A stretch of DNA of 32,571 nucleotides. Origin: Catajapyx aquilonaris (lineage: Eukaryota). This document shows positions 18,432 through 32,160 of the stretch, piece by piece. The stretch lies in contig JYFJ02004377.1 in the NCBI GenBank assembly GCA_000934665.2, forward strand, positions 1 through 32,571. Reading direction: 5' to 3'. The stretch's first letter is position 1; each line of letters begins with the position of its first letter. The notes below the pieces were generated by a model that was not told the origin of the DNA, did no database searches, and saw nothing but the letters and a program-made list of their open reading frames with translations. Made by a program: the position numbers and the translations under genes.

Positions 18432-20810
18432 TACAGCTTCAGGTATTTTTAGGTGCTCTAGCTTTGATTCAACTGCATTATATGCTAATAGCCAGTTAGC
18501 AGCGGACTTTTTGCAGAGGCCCGCAAGGCCAAGGAATGCTTTATTGCATTGACTGATGGCTATATGCAGCAAGTTATTCGTCTTTGTCCATTTTGAATAG
18601 GTCAGGTCAAGGGTCAGGTGCACCATTCTGGACATCCTTCAGCAATAATGATGAATGTAATATATGTAATGGATTAACATCAACTCTGTTATTTTCACAT
18701 AAATGTTGGGTGTCGCTTGACCATTTCGACAATACCATTAAGATTGTTGATCACTTGGCGTATGCTAGTCATCTTGTTCAATGCATCATGATCTTGTTGT
18801 GCTGGTGCGAATGCATTTTTGAATTTCACAGTGAAGGTGCGTTATTTTTGTACATCTAAATGAAACAGTTCTCAGAGGCCTGTGTTTTGATAGGTCACAA
18901 TGATGTATGGGTAGGTTGCAATTGATTAATGAGTGTTCTTGTGTATTGCAGTGAGGGTATTTTTTGTGAAGCTGTTTTTGCCGAGGATCAAAAAGATTGA
19001 AGGGGTCAAACAATTCATTTCGTTGGAAGGGATCTTTCATAGCTTCCTAGTTCATTGACGTTGCATATGAATATAGTTAATGTGCTTGGGGTAGCAGTTC
19101 GTTTGCATCAGGATAGTCAACAACTTCCACCCGCAAGTAGATAAGGAGAGTAATCATATGATATTAATAATAATTTTGCAGTTTATTGCAATAATGAGAA
19201 TGTCAGTGTGAATTAATAACCAAAGCCTTATTGATAGTTGGTAGGGCTACTTTCATTTGGCAAGTTTTTATGGGTCGGTTGAAACCAAAAGTGTGATAAA
19301 ACAGTGAAGTGTATTATGCATGGTTCCAAGGGTGTAACTCTAACAGCATGTCCCATTATTTGGGCCATTGGGTCGCATTCCCCACTCAGTGGGACTGACA
19401 CCAGTATTCATTTGTTCACTAACTGCAACATGATCAAGAAAATATGGTCAGTTGGATGTGACAATGATGTTTTTTTCAAAACTAAGATATGGCATGTGCT
19501 ACGTGATGTTTGCATGTCTTATTTCTGTACTTTGTCCTTTAGCAATCCCTGTGGTGGATGTTGACGATAACATCAAATGATATTTTGATATAAAAGTTGC
19601 GTTTTCTTTGACTGTCTCGAGTGCTTAAAATGTTTAAACTATAGCATTATTATGGTTGTTGATTATTTATTCCATGATGGTTGCCTTATTGTCTATCTCA
19701 TCTACATCTACTGGGTACGAATCATCATCATTGGAGCTTTGACCCAACCCAGTAGTTCCGTTGGCAACTGACTGAACAACCAGTTGCTATTTTTCGTGGT
19801 TTTAGTTGCCTCCAGCCCATGGATTAAGAAAAAGCTTAACCTGTAATAATTAGTCATCTCCCAATGTTTTTGTTGGTTATAATAGTCACTGCTCCATAAC
19901 GACTTGTACCATTATCCTCTTTAGGTGACAGCATTCCACTTTCAAAGTTTAAGCTTCATGATCTGCTATGACTTCTCTCAGAGACGGATTTTCGCTGCTC
20001 CCATTCACTTGGGCATGGATGACCTGTCTGATTTTCATCTAGATTTTTGGTAGTTCCTTTACATGCAGATATTGTGCGGGCTTGGCTTGGTTTAGACTTC
20101 TTCCGATGCTGATATTGTGCTGTTAGGGTAATCAGGGTCGCACCTCGCCGCTGCGTGTTGGGCAGTGTATTTATGGGACATGTCAACCGCTTTTGCAAAC
20201 CAGAGGCGGCTGCGATTTTGTAAGTTTCTGGCCCAGCTTGATGTATTCGACTGTGTGGGTCTCTTGTTAAGCAACGTTTAAGAATTTCCTGTCAACCAGA
20301 ATAAGTTCCGTCATGATGATTATTATAATACATACTCACTTTGTGCAGAATGTGTGTTTTAGCACAAATCTTCCCATGTCATTGTTCAGTCATGATTATT
20401 TTGTACTCTGTACTGTACTGGTTTGGTCAAGGCCTGCTCTTAAGCATGTTAATAATTCATTCTGCGAATTTTCTGACTTTTTTGAATCTTACAACGTTGG
20501 TGGTGTCAGATGGTCGAATATTATTGTTATGTGTTCTGATATTGATTCTTATGGTAGGCCTTCCCCTTCATAATATGACGGAAGTAAAATCTACGTCAAA
20601 TAGTGTCTTAGATCTTTTTCCAAAAACACCGACTTGGGTATATTTTAGCCCCAATATCTGGTATTTAAGATATTGCCTAGCTGGTGCCCTTTATTGTGTG
20701 CAGGTTTTGTAGATTTGTGTCTGGAAAAAAAACAGTCACTCTAAGTGATGGATAGCTGTCATGGGTATTATCCTGTAAGGCTTTAAATATGTGACTAATG
20801 CAAGAAAACT

Positions 20811-21130
20811 TCATTATATTCCGCCATTGATTAATTGGTTTTCGGTGACACTTGTTCTGATTGAAGTAATTGCTGGGTGCACTTGTTGTATTGCAGTTTC
20901 TCTAATATCCATCAGGCACAAGCATTGTCGACTGCCATATATTTCCTTGTAATGCAATAGACTTCTGTGGAACCTGCAGTTACGGCTGACTAATCCCAAG
21001 TTGAGCTCTCGGCAGATTTCGCTTCCATAAAAAGAGGTATCTTCATAATATGTCCTCTTTGGCATCCATGTGACTCCCATCACCATTTGCCTATATAAAG
21101 GCGTTAGTAAGTGGTTGTGTCCTCCCCCAA
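20811..21130 (-). repeat. Dispersed duplicate of a decayed coding-like segment (paralog at about 22963-23280)
   Basis: cattatattccgccatt..attaattg..ggtgacacttgtt..gtaattgctgggt..cacttgttg shared over about 300 bp. Confidence 0.8.
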
Positions 21131-21876
21131 GTGTTTCTCTTTGTTCTGTGATGCTGCGGGTAATGTGTGGAATCAGCCCAGGCAATATTCTGTTCCTTTT
21201 AACTTTTGTCATGTACTAATCTTCCCCTCTTAGAGGTTTAAAAGCCAATAGTGACCTGTGGAGATGTAGTGCCCTCATGGTGTTGTGCAGACTGAAATAT
21301 TACTGCAATTGTGGAAATATGTGCATGGCATTAAGCATGGAGCTGTCTGCTGGTTCACTGATGTTGTATATTAATATGTTCACGTTCACTCCATTGGGGG
21401 CTAGCTTATTGCTCACTTTTTGTGGGTCAGTTCCTTTGTGTAATGACAGAATAAGGGTTATGAGATTAGGAGAAGAATATATTGCAAGTGCATCTTTTGC
21501 TATTCTGTTTTGCATTGTTCCCCATTGCAGTTTCTACCCAGTACAGAGAGAATTACTTTCAGATGTTCCTGATGCTGCGAACACGCTGAATTTTAGTTGC
21601 CTGGAATTATGTTACATCACGGCTTGCAAAGGTAATAAATATTGTTCTCTGATAATCCGCTGATGTTCATAGAACTGTTTCATGAAATGTTTTGAAGGCT
21701 AAGAATGTGATGAAAGGCTGGATTTAGTCTGGCTGTTGTCTTGTAGCCTGCTGCAATAATGATTATTAGATGAGTTTTCAGAGGTTTTATTGACACGTTA
21801 GGCCAGTGAAACGAGTCATTTTTTCGATTATAATCCATCTATATTTCATGACCAGAATATTCCATATCTCAAAGCC

Positions 21877-22353
21877 TAAACCACCTTTTTGAATACGTTC
21901 TCAGCTTTTGAGGTTCCCTGGAGGGGCTCGCTTAATAGAAACTCCTCTTTCACCGCAGCACCAGACACATAGCGAACATGGGCAAGGAGCTGACTGCATT
22001 GTGATACGTCTGTAGTCTCGTCAAGCTGCATGGCGAACTTGACTGGTGAACACTTGCCATTTCGGTTTGGATATCCGCGCTTCCCGGAACATGGGGCGTG
22101 ATCAACTATTTGTTTTCTTCGCTTCTTAACAATTCACAATTTAACTGCTTTTCATACCGGCTGTCTTTGAAATTCCATTTCCATGTGCTCACATTTTGCA
22201 TCAGCAGGCAAAATTTTCATTTGTGCATGCCACTTATGGTGTACTATGTCATAAATTGCTAAATTTGGAATCAGCGGTATTTAGCTCCGTCCTCCCACGA
22301 GGGCCACCTGGCACCTCCTCAGGGTTCAGATACCCCTGGTTGGGGACCCTCTG
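21877..22353 (-). mobile_element. hAT (Buster/Charlie-type) transposon fragment with 5' terminus
   Basis: Translation of about 22058-21877 KFAMQLDETTDVSQCSQLLAHVRYVSGAAVKEEFLLSEPLQGTSKAENVF includes the first catalytic Asp motif; terminus-like tagag|cagagggtccccaacc at 22353. Confidence 0.88.
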
Positions 22354-25300
22354 CTCTAAGGACCCAATATTTCACCCATCCCAGTTTTGATATTGGACAG
22401 TAATAGCACTATAGTAAATTGATTTACAGTCTCACAGGTCAGCATGTGTCTTATATTTAGCACAGCTGCCGGGAAACATTATCCGGGTGTAAATGTGTCA
22501 TGTTGAAGGTGGAAAAGTTCACTGAGTTTCATCTGAATTAGCAATGCTTCTTTACATTGTCACAATATATTTTACAAATTGTGACAGCCGGAGTGCAGGA
22601 AACGTCATTGTTGGTTTTACCAGTGTACTCATGGTGCCAGACACGTTTCTTTTTTTCAAACAACAAAATTGAAGTTGTTTGCAAGTGTTTGAACCCAATA
22701 TGCTGTATTATTAGTATTTTTTTATTTAGTTCGTTTTGACTCTCTGCTTCCCACGTAAATGTGGGGAGTATGCTGCAATATTAGTTTGGGAATGATGGCT
22801 CTTCTACGAGTTCAGCCTTTTCTGATTAGATCATACAATGAAACATAACAAGGCATGAAATCCGAGTATGTCCGCCTGTCAACATGTGTCACAGGTCCAT
22901 TAAGTATTATGCTTTTACAAGTATAAAGGCCAGGATTTAAATATGCGACTAATAATGCAGGAACATTATATTCCGCCATTTATTAATTGATTTCCGGTGA
23001 CACTTGTTCCGATTAACGTAATTGCTGGGTCCACTTGTTGTCGTGGCAGCTTCTCTACTATCCATCCAGCATCCATCCATTGTTGACTGCCATGTAAATT
23101 CCGTGTAATGCACTAGACTTTGCTGGAGAACCTGCAGTTGCGGTTGACTGGTCACAAGTTGAGCTGTTGGTAGATTTTTCTTCCATGTAGAGAGGCATCT
23201 GCATAATAAGAGCCTTTCAGTCATATCATGTGGCCCCCATCATCACCATTTGCCTATAAAAGTGGTAGTAAGTGATGACCTCCAAGATGTATTTCTTTTG
23301 AATCATGTGATGCTGTTTTTGCTACGCCGTGTTTTTTGATACTTTCCTGAACAAGTAGCTAGTCGGAGCTGTGGATGATGCAGTGAGGCATCAGGGAAAT
23401 ATTTTTTCCAAAGATGGGTGCTCCCAATTACTGCTTCCTTCTGATTTGGACTGTCGCGTTGTGGTTTTGCTGTGGTTGGCTGCGGTGGAGTCAAATAGGA
23501 TTGGATGACCCAGTGCGTAAAATGTTTCGATAATAGCGATATTCGTTCCACGCTGGTCGCCTGATCCATATCTGCTGAGTTCAAGTCATCGTCGTTGGAG
23601 CTTGGACTCAACCTAGTAATTCAGTTGACAACTCACTGAGAAATCCTAGTTCTCGGCTACGTCACTTTGGACCATCTTCGTGGTCCCACTGTGTTCACGA
23701 TGCTCGCATTACTCGCAGGTCGCAAGCAATGGAGCGGAAAGGTCAGACCTTAGTGCAGTAATTTCATATTAATGTTGATAGATAAGTTCCTGTAATTCTT
23801 CATCTCTGCCCTCAATCAGTTAAGGTGAAATATTGAAACGGAACAAATCAGTGACATGTGTGGGTTTACCGGTATTAAATCTGTGACGAATTGTGTCGTG
23901 TGTATTTTTTGGTAATTACTCAATTTGAGTTACTAATACTAACAGTGCCCTGCCTTAAAAAGTAATGACGTTTGGGGAAGTAGCCGTTGCATTTCTGACA
24001 TTACCTGTGGAACGTCCAGTTATGTGTTTGCAGAGAATGATCATTCTTGTCAGGTTCACATGGACATGAACACATGAGTACCCCATAATTCTCGATTTTA
24101 TGGTGATAGAGTACAGCATGTATTGACTCGACCTCTGTTGGAATTTCCACTCCCAGCAAATTAAAGCTAGGTCATTAAAAGCATAGGATATAATTTCATG
24201 CATATGTGATCAAAGTCCTGTTTCCTCCCAGGATTTTCTTAAAATTTTCGCCTTTTAAATTTGATCTGGGACTCTTTTCGAGAATAGTAAAAGGTGGGGT
24301 TTGCCCAATTCAATTTTCATACTAGCTATTGACAATTTTCCACCCTGAGGAGTTCACCTGAGTCGCTCTCCAATATATGAGCATTCTTCTACGTGGACAT
24401 GAGATCATTCAGTCGAGAGCTGTTCGTCTGCCTGCATAGGCTGCGGAAGCACAGCCTGTTTCTTTTATGTCCTCATGTAAAGTCCTAGTGGATCTTAAGT
24501 AAACATTTGAATACATAAAATGGCGAAAAGTAGCCAATGGTTCCCAAACTTAGCTGGGTTCACAAGAGTTACCCTAGGCAGCTTACTGTGCCTGGGCCTC
24601 AAGATTGTCACATTATTGCAAATAAATTCAGGTTTCAAAAGCCACTCGTACTTCAGCTGACGCAGAATATTCCCATTTACTCGGCCTTAGGCCCGATACC
24701 AGAGACCTGCCTGCAGATGATTACTTGATAAATCGGGAAAGTCACATGCATTCACTGATGTTATTCTGTGGAATCTCGCTGGAGTAATTGAATCAGGTTT
24801 ATTCAGTAAGACACCGAGCTGCTTCCGTCTTCTCCCACGTTCTCTTTCTTCCTTCAATATTGAAAGGATGGCTCCGCGATTGGTTCCTCTTATATGTCAT
24901 GAGAAAAGTCCTTCTTATAGGCCATATATGGAGTGTTTCACACTGCATATTTGTTCCGGAGCTACTTCCCTTCGCGTGGGCCCGGAGCATGAGCTATAGT
25001 CGTTAAGGGCACCATATTAGGTTTGTTTCTAACATTCCTTTAAATGTTGAAACCTCCCTTTGCTGGCATGCAACAGTAGTAAATATTTTCAATGAGATCA
25101 CTTTGCAACCTTTGATTTGATCATGTGGAATTAACCATTCGCTTTTTTTTAGGAGTAATCTAACAGTGAAATGTGACATGAATTTGACTTGCCATGGACC
25201 ACGTTTCATATATACTTGAATGAAAATGACTGGAGCATATTCATTGATTGCTCCTACTTGGTTCAATAATTGGTTTTGTTGAAGACAGTAGATTCTTTGC

Positions 25301-27674
25301 CAGTAGATCTAGCCAGATCTGCCTCTTAGAAAGATTGTCCACAAGAAAGTATCTTTTGCATTCCGGTATGGCCAAGTTTTCAAACGTATTTCCTCATTCC
25401 AACGCTCCTCATACAAGACGAAGCTGATGTTCCTCTGATCTTGACTCTCAGACTCGATCCTTGCTATTGCCTCTTTGAGAAAAATTCCAGCTCTTCATTA
25501 CCTCTTCGCATTTTTTGTTCAATGCTGTCCAGCCCGAAGATCATGCTTAGAGCATGGGGGCCATGTTTTTCCCCCTGGGGCATTGACCACTCAGGAGCTA
25601 TACGCAATTATTATATACACCGACATAGCGTCCTTTTGACCGATACCCAACTACTCATCAGATCCTTTGGCATAAATAATGCCTTGAAATTAACAGCAGT
25701 TTATTAGCAATAATCCTGACCACGGCCTATCCTGACTATTTTCTTGTCATTTGGACATGATGCTGAATGAATGTGTCTCTTCGTTCTGATAACGAATGCA
25801 CTTAAATAAATTTAGAAGATTATCAGAGAACTGGAACTGTCCATTTGTAGGAACAATATTACTTAACTGGCTGATGTGTATAAGTAAATATATCATTATG
25901 CTGTTGAACAACTTGAGTGACGACTTCGATACGACTTTAATTGACCAATGATTGACACCAAGTAAAATTAATAACTTCCAATATGTTCGCTCGTACGTTC
26001 GCTCCTGCATTACGGTATGTTTTGTGTAATGTTGCTTTTTAATGTGAGTTTCACGGCACCAGACTTGCTCAGTTGCTTGGGTACTGCAGATGTTTGCAGA
26101 AGGATGCGACGATTATTATGTCTCTTGCTGCCTTCACAACTCAATTCACATTACACAATTCAACAAGGTGGACCAACAGTCAAAGTTAATGGGAGTTGCA
26201 GATCAGACTTACTCATTAATTTGCTGGAGTACTGCATATTCTTGCAGAAGGATGCAACGTTAATTAAATTTGAAATAATGCAGGGTCCTTGGAGTATGGT
26301 GCACTGTCCTGCATTGAAATTACGATTGATTCTTGTCATACCTCGATACCTGCACACCAGGGGCGGCTGTAATTTTGTAAGTTTCCCAATCCATTTCAAA
26401 CTGCTTCCGGCTGTTGCGAAAGGTGTAAATTATGCTCAGTGTCAGTAAATGTGATATGTAAGTAAAGTCCACATTCACGAAACGTTTCAAGTTAATATAG
26501 TTTCAAGTTAAATATATTTTGTGCCGTTTTTTTAAAAAAAAAAATGTTAAAGAAATTAAGTTCATCAGTGAGGAAAATTCAATATATTCACTGAACCTTC
26601 ACAATCATAAACATGTCGGTAAGCAGTTGCACTTGGTCTACAATGGTCGTCTGGTTCATTATGTACAGTGGAATTTCCACTCCCAGCAAATTAGAGCTGT
26701 GGAATTAACAATATAGATAGATTATAGAGGCCGGATTTCCTCCCGAACGTGATCAAAGTCTTGCGTCCTCCTATAATTTCCTTCTCTCCTTTCTGCTTCT
26801 CTCTGAGGTACCTGGCTGAAATGTTAACTTTGCATATGATTTATCGCCTTTAATTATTATTGTTTCCATGGCAGTGTTGCCACTATTTAAAATCCAACCC
26901 TCGTATTATTGGAGTTTCTCACTTTTTTATGTTAATAAAGCGAGATCCTGAGGAGATACAAAATACGTATACATTTATACACCTCTGCGTATACACCTGT
27001 GCTTTTTTACTGGTGTTGTGTAAGAAATGGCTTCGATAATTCTATCATTAATTAACTGCAGATGCTTGCAGAAGGATGCTACGATTATTAAGTTTGAAAT
27101 AATGAATTGTCCTAAGTTACATGAGCATATTGGGTGGACTGCCCTGTTTTGAAATAGCAAATGATTCTTGGCATTGCTGCACACCAGGGGTATAGTTGTA
27201 ATTTTCCCATCATTTCAAGCTGTTTGGGCATCATGTGAGAGGCGAGTAGTAATTGCACGTCACTGCTTGTGTTCCAGACTGAGCTCGATCATTTGCTTGT
27301 TTATTGCTGCATGCAATTCCTAATCGCCTAGTGGGTTTGAATAATTGCTTGTTGTCCTCTCAGATCTTCAACTTCCGTTCCTTATTGTCTAAACTACCTG
27401 ATATATATTAGGAGTATACGGTCAGTTTTTCACCGTCACGGTCACTCTGTTACAGCCAATTTTGTGCATGTTGATTGTAGAGAATAATTCTTCGTGATTG
27501 TCCCTTCTATGGACATGGTCACATGGGGAACCCAATATTATCGATGTGATGGTATAAATTGAGTGCACCATTTGACTCGACCTTTATAGGAATTTCCCCT
27601 CCCAGCAAATTAAAGCTGTGGAATAAACAATACCTTATTATACCTTGGGTGTTCTCCAAACGTTTTCACAGTGG

Positions 27675-27965
27675 ACTTGGTCCTACCGTACCCCAATAAG
27701 GACCCTGCCCGCACCAAAAACCCAAACAACTCGCGTTTCAGCAGCTACTTGAGGATGCTGCATCGGGTCCACTCTCACCTCCGTTGCAGCATCCTCCGGC
27801 GGGACGGCAGCCAACATCTCCTCCATCCTGGTGAAGAGCGCCTGGGCAGCTACAAGACTGGCCCGGGCCACCTCCACCTTGTCTCGGAGAGACGTCGGCA
27901 AAGGCGGGGCATCAGCAGCGGGGCCGGCGGGTTCTTCGCACCTTCCAAGTCGTAACCCGGCGGCG
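27675..27965 (-). other. GC-rich inserted fragment, possibly from a transposon ORF
   Basis: Abrupt rise in GC within the AT-rich array; minus-strand ORF MPTSLRDKVEVARASLVAAQALFTRMEEML looks helical; no diagnostic motif. Confidence 0.3.
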
Positions 27966-28267
27966 GAATCGTTTAGTCATCCAAATGAAAGGTCATTATC
28001 GTTTTGGTTCATGGGCGGTAGTTTTCCAACCCGCTCCTATATGTTTTGTATTATGTTTCTAAGGTGAGCCAACAGGTTACATAATTCAACAAGATGGGTC
28101 AACAGTCAAAGGTCTAGCATTACATTGGTTTTTAATGCGAGTTGCAGATCAGACTTAACTAACTTATTTGCTGGAGTACTGCATATTCTTGCAGAAGGAT
28201 GCAACGTTCATTAAATTTGAAATAATGCAGGGTCCTAGGAGTATGGTGCACTGTCTTGTAAGTTATT

Positions 28268-28506
28268 TTCTTTAGGTGAGGAGGAGAGGGGGAAGCACTG
28301 GAGAAGTATTATGGATCCAGACGACTTTGAAAATGAAAAGATGACTTGGTGCTGTGGTGTGCCGTTGTATGACTGTCAATTATGTTCATACCTGTCATGC
28401 TGTTGCTAATAAATAGTGGAGTTTTGTTTTGGATGTAGGGTAGGGTGGAGCGCTCCACCCTACTGCAGGGCCTTATAGGGAGGGTCAGCCCGTAACGCCC
28501 TCAAAG
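28268..28506. mobile_element. 239-bp retroposed insertion (truncated LINE 3' end or SINE) with 16-bp TSD
   Basis: TSD tgtc(t/c)tgtaagttatt at 28252-28267 and 28507-28522; insertion absent from the paralogous block at about 26305; perfect 24-bp palindrome at 28440-28463. Confidence 0.75.
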
Positions 28507-31500
28507 TGTCCTGTAAGTTATTGAAATTACGATCAATTCCTGTCATACCTTCACACCAGGGGTAACTAATGTAATTTTGTAAGTTTCCCATTATTTCAAA
28601 CTTCTTCCGGTTGTTACGAAAGGGGTATATTATGCTCAGTAAATGTGATATGCAAATAAAGTCCACGTTCACGAAACGTTTCAATAAGAAGTTAAATATA
28701 TTTTGTGCCATTAAAATAGGTTTCTTCTTAAATTGTTCAAGAAATTAAGTTCAACAGTGAGGAAAAGTTCAATATATTAATATGTGCAACCTTTACCATC
28801 ATAAACATGTCGGTAAGTTGCACTTGGTCCTCTGGTTCATTATCTACTGTTTGTCAGGCTGTCATATTGTGGGGCAAATTTTGATTTGTCGCATTACGTT
28901 CTTTCCTCTTGCAGGTTTCCTCATTGGGACTCTTAATATTTACTTATATAAACAGTTCCCTCCCTTAGACTAGTAATGACCTTTGGGAATACTGTACTAA
29001 AGTGCCCTTTGGATTTTTTGAATTTACCTCTGTAAGGTTTCGTTTTGTGCATTTCTTCATCTTCATTGTTGGTCTGTTTATGGGCCCGAGGACGTGAGGA
29101 CTCTATAATATTCGATGTGAGTGTTATCATAATTATGTAAGTTATGTCAGAATATTTGACTCGACCTCTGTTGGAATTTCCAATCCCAACAAATTAGAGC
29201 TGTGGGATTAACAATATAGAGGATTTCCTCCGGACGACGTGATCAAAGAAAGTCCTCCTGGAATTACTTTCTCTTCTTTCTGATATGAGGCACCAGGCTG
29301 CAATGTTCATAGATGGCTTTCGCCATGTTATCTCGTAGCTGTTGCCTTTTCTCCCCCTGGGGAGTGCACCTGAGTCTCACTTTAACATATTTCCATATTA
29401 CACAAAATTATATCATCAACAAGTATGCCTATGCCATTTCGACGCTGTGTTCACATTATGCAACGTAAGACAAATCAACACCCCCACGGTAGTTTCCTGT
29501 TCATTTATATTGGAGTTTCTCACTAGTTCTATGTTAATAAAGCGTGATCCTGAGCAGGTACACAATACATATTGACATATCTGCCTTTTTTTACTGGTGT
29601 CTTCGATAATGCAGGATTGCGTTGTCATCCCCTGACAAGACTCCTGTCATTATATTGTGTCGAATGTGAGCAGTATTTGGGTTCTGTTTTCAGGCGACAT
29701 ACACAGTACAAAACAGAGATAACATATAAGCTGGTTTGGTGATTAATGGACTTGTTGCTAATTATTCTTAAGAGTATACAATTGACTTGGCTTCTCTCCA
29801 AATTCATCGCTGGATTTTGACTTGCCAATCATCAAACAAGTGTTGTGAAATGAAGAAATTACCAGCATTCACTACTGGCGTTTGGTACGAATCATACATG
29901 AATAATTTTCCACCCGGCGTCGGATGTAATTTCCATTTCCAGCAAATTAGAACCGTCGCAGTAATGAGAGGATTTCCTCCAAACGTGATCACATTGGTGC
30001 TTCTTTCCGGAATTTTCTTATATTCCATTCCTTTTAATTTGGATCAGGTGTGCCAGGCTATAGACCCCGAATCCCTGCGTAAAGTGCAAACAAATTAATA
30101 TCGCGCATTAAAACTTTCGTGTCTCAAGTACGTTCACATTCTTGTATTTGTGAAGCAATGGACTGATATAATTATTATGATCTATTCGGCCTAGGTATTT
30201 ATCAAATATCTTCCCCCAAAAAACTTCTGAATATTAAGAAAGGTAAGATTTTACAACTGTACTCCAGTCTAATTTTGTTAGGGTTTGACTTACGTCGAGG
30301 GCATTTTTACCCATACTACTCGTGTATTATTAAACCAAATGCAAACAAATGCATTTGCATTCATGAAAATATTACGGTATTTGCTCAAGCATGAGGTTTT
30401 GCGAAGTCGTGGCCAATATATTCTCGTAAGTATAAACATTTTAATGGTGTTACATTGACTCAAAAGTATTTATCTGATGCTATATGACTGTCTCTTATGA
30501 AGTGCAGGGTGTTCAAATAACTCGTAGTTGTTGTTAGATTATTGTGAGACGCCGCGGCTGAATTTAATACTACCTAAGCCATTAGACAGGTTACATAATT
30601 ATGGTATCTCCGGGTATCACTCTGTGCAATCCCACGTGCGCGTCACACTCTTACTCCGTACCTGTTTCAGTATTTGTTGAATCTTTTTCTTGTTCATAAG
30701 CCAGCAATAACTGTTGATCTTGGATCAAGCATAGAAACTCTGAGAAATTGCTTCACTTCCCATATGACAACCCTCTTGAATCATAGCTTTTACAACTATT
30801 CCGCCAGTCATGCCACACTATGGTGCACCCCTGTCTAACAAAGTGATGCCATTTTTTGGTTCTTGATTGGCTTCTAATTTTGTATCCAGCCATGGGCCCC
30901 CTCGACCTTGTGTATGCTTCCTCCTCTTCGGATTGTGAATTGAAATGGGTACGTAAGGTGTGACTCTTGATGCAATAATTGTTGCATATCCAGTGGTATG
31001 GTGTTGATTTCACTAATTTAGTTACATTGCACAGCTCTTTGTAATAAGGATGAGTTTTCTTAGTTCGACTGAACTGGGTCTATTATGATAGAGTAACCAG
31101 GATGTAATGACATGAAATTCTGCGGCGTTTTATAGACGTGAGCTGTCGATTTCGAAAAAAATGGACTCCTATTTGTAACCTGTGTGTATCAGAATGTTGC
31201 AAATCTACTGACTTATTTTCTCCATATTCTGTGTATGTTTTAAATATGGTTCTACAGTAACGTGTGAGCCACAGGCCAAAGTCGGGCTTACTTTTTCTCT
31301 TGATGATGGGTTTGCCACTTCGTCTGTAGAGGTCTGAATTTGAATCGCATTTGTTATATAGTCAGTGATAATACTGGTTGCTCTATTGGAATTTCGACTA
31401 ATATCACTGGTTCCATAAGTTCCTGCAAAATGACAAGTTAATCGTGCTGGCATTAATAATATTGTATATCATCGCCAACCTCGATCAATAAAATACGTAA

Positions 31501-31926
31501 CTTCCGTATTCCTGTACATCGTTTTGTTAATGGCTATTACCTTTTTTTCTGCCATGTTCACAGTCGTTTGGGAGGCCAGCTTGTTCGTCACTTTTCTTGG
31601 GTCAGTTCCTTTGCGTGATGACATTAAGTCATCCTCCTGCGAGGAGAAAGAACCAACATGTATAGAGATCTATAACCGTTGCATTTTGAAAATATACTCG
31701 TAACGTTTTGTTTCACTTGTTACACTCTATTGAAATTTTATTGTCGCTACTGTAATAAATGCTCAAGTAAAGTGATAATTAAGTAATTAATTATCTCCCT
31801 TAAAAAAAACAAAAAAACATTTGGTTCAGTTAACGTTGGGGTCGGGGTGGTATTGCCTGCCCTCCCCTCCAACATCACAGGTGCTTGGCGCAGTATAGCC
31901 ATTGCTGCTGTTGCGCCATTAAACTT

Positions 31927-31946
31927 TCAATCAATCAATCAATCAA
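31927..31946. repeat. (TCAA)5 microsatellite
   Basis: Direct read; may be a retroposon tail. Confidence 0.85.
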
Positions 31947-32031
31947 CCTGCGAGGAGATAAGGAGAGGAATGTGTTACAAAGGCACCTTGTCATTCGGTG
32001 TTGTCCACTCCCCTCCCCCCCGATGGTATCT

Positions 32032-32160
32032 CCACCTTATCGTGGTGGTGGGGTTTGCGTTTCTCCCATGACCCCAAGAGCTATGCCGGCGGTAGCTTCG
32101 TCTACTGGTAGGGCCACCCAAGCCGGACAGGTCTTTGGGATAGGAGACAGACTAAGAGAG
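32032..32160 (+). mobile_element. RTE-clade (BovB/Expander-like) 5'UTR or RTE-derived SINE head
   Basis: ccaccttatcgtggtgg..ggtttg..gagctatg..ggtagggccacccaag.cggacaggtc resembles, from memory, the conserved 5' end of BovB/Expander-type RTE elements. Confidence 0.65.

Larger units (their letters stand above)
24120..30060 (-). repeat. Degenerate tandem array of about 1-1.5 kb coding-like units, family unassigned
   Basis: Core aatttcc..t.cca.caaatta.a at about 24141, 26670, 27590, 29175, 29928; block 26160-26640 resembles 28085-28830 (partial at 27050-27230); block 26900-27015 resembles 29505-29600. Confidence 0.8.

Noticed and set aside
18399..18635. ORF with FLGLAG resembling the LTR-retrotransposon RT connection motif
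   Set aside because: The surrounding residues do not fit, and the ORF end lies inside a MITE arm
25560..25700. Minus-strand IIYAKGSDE resembling a motif of Maverick-associated exonuclease-like proteins
   Set aside because: A single short motif across stops and frameshifts; no pPolB, integrase, ATPase or capsid motifs were seen
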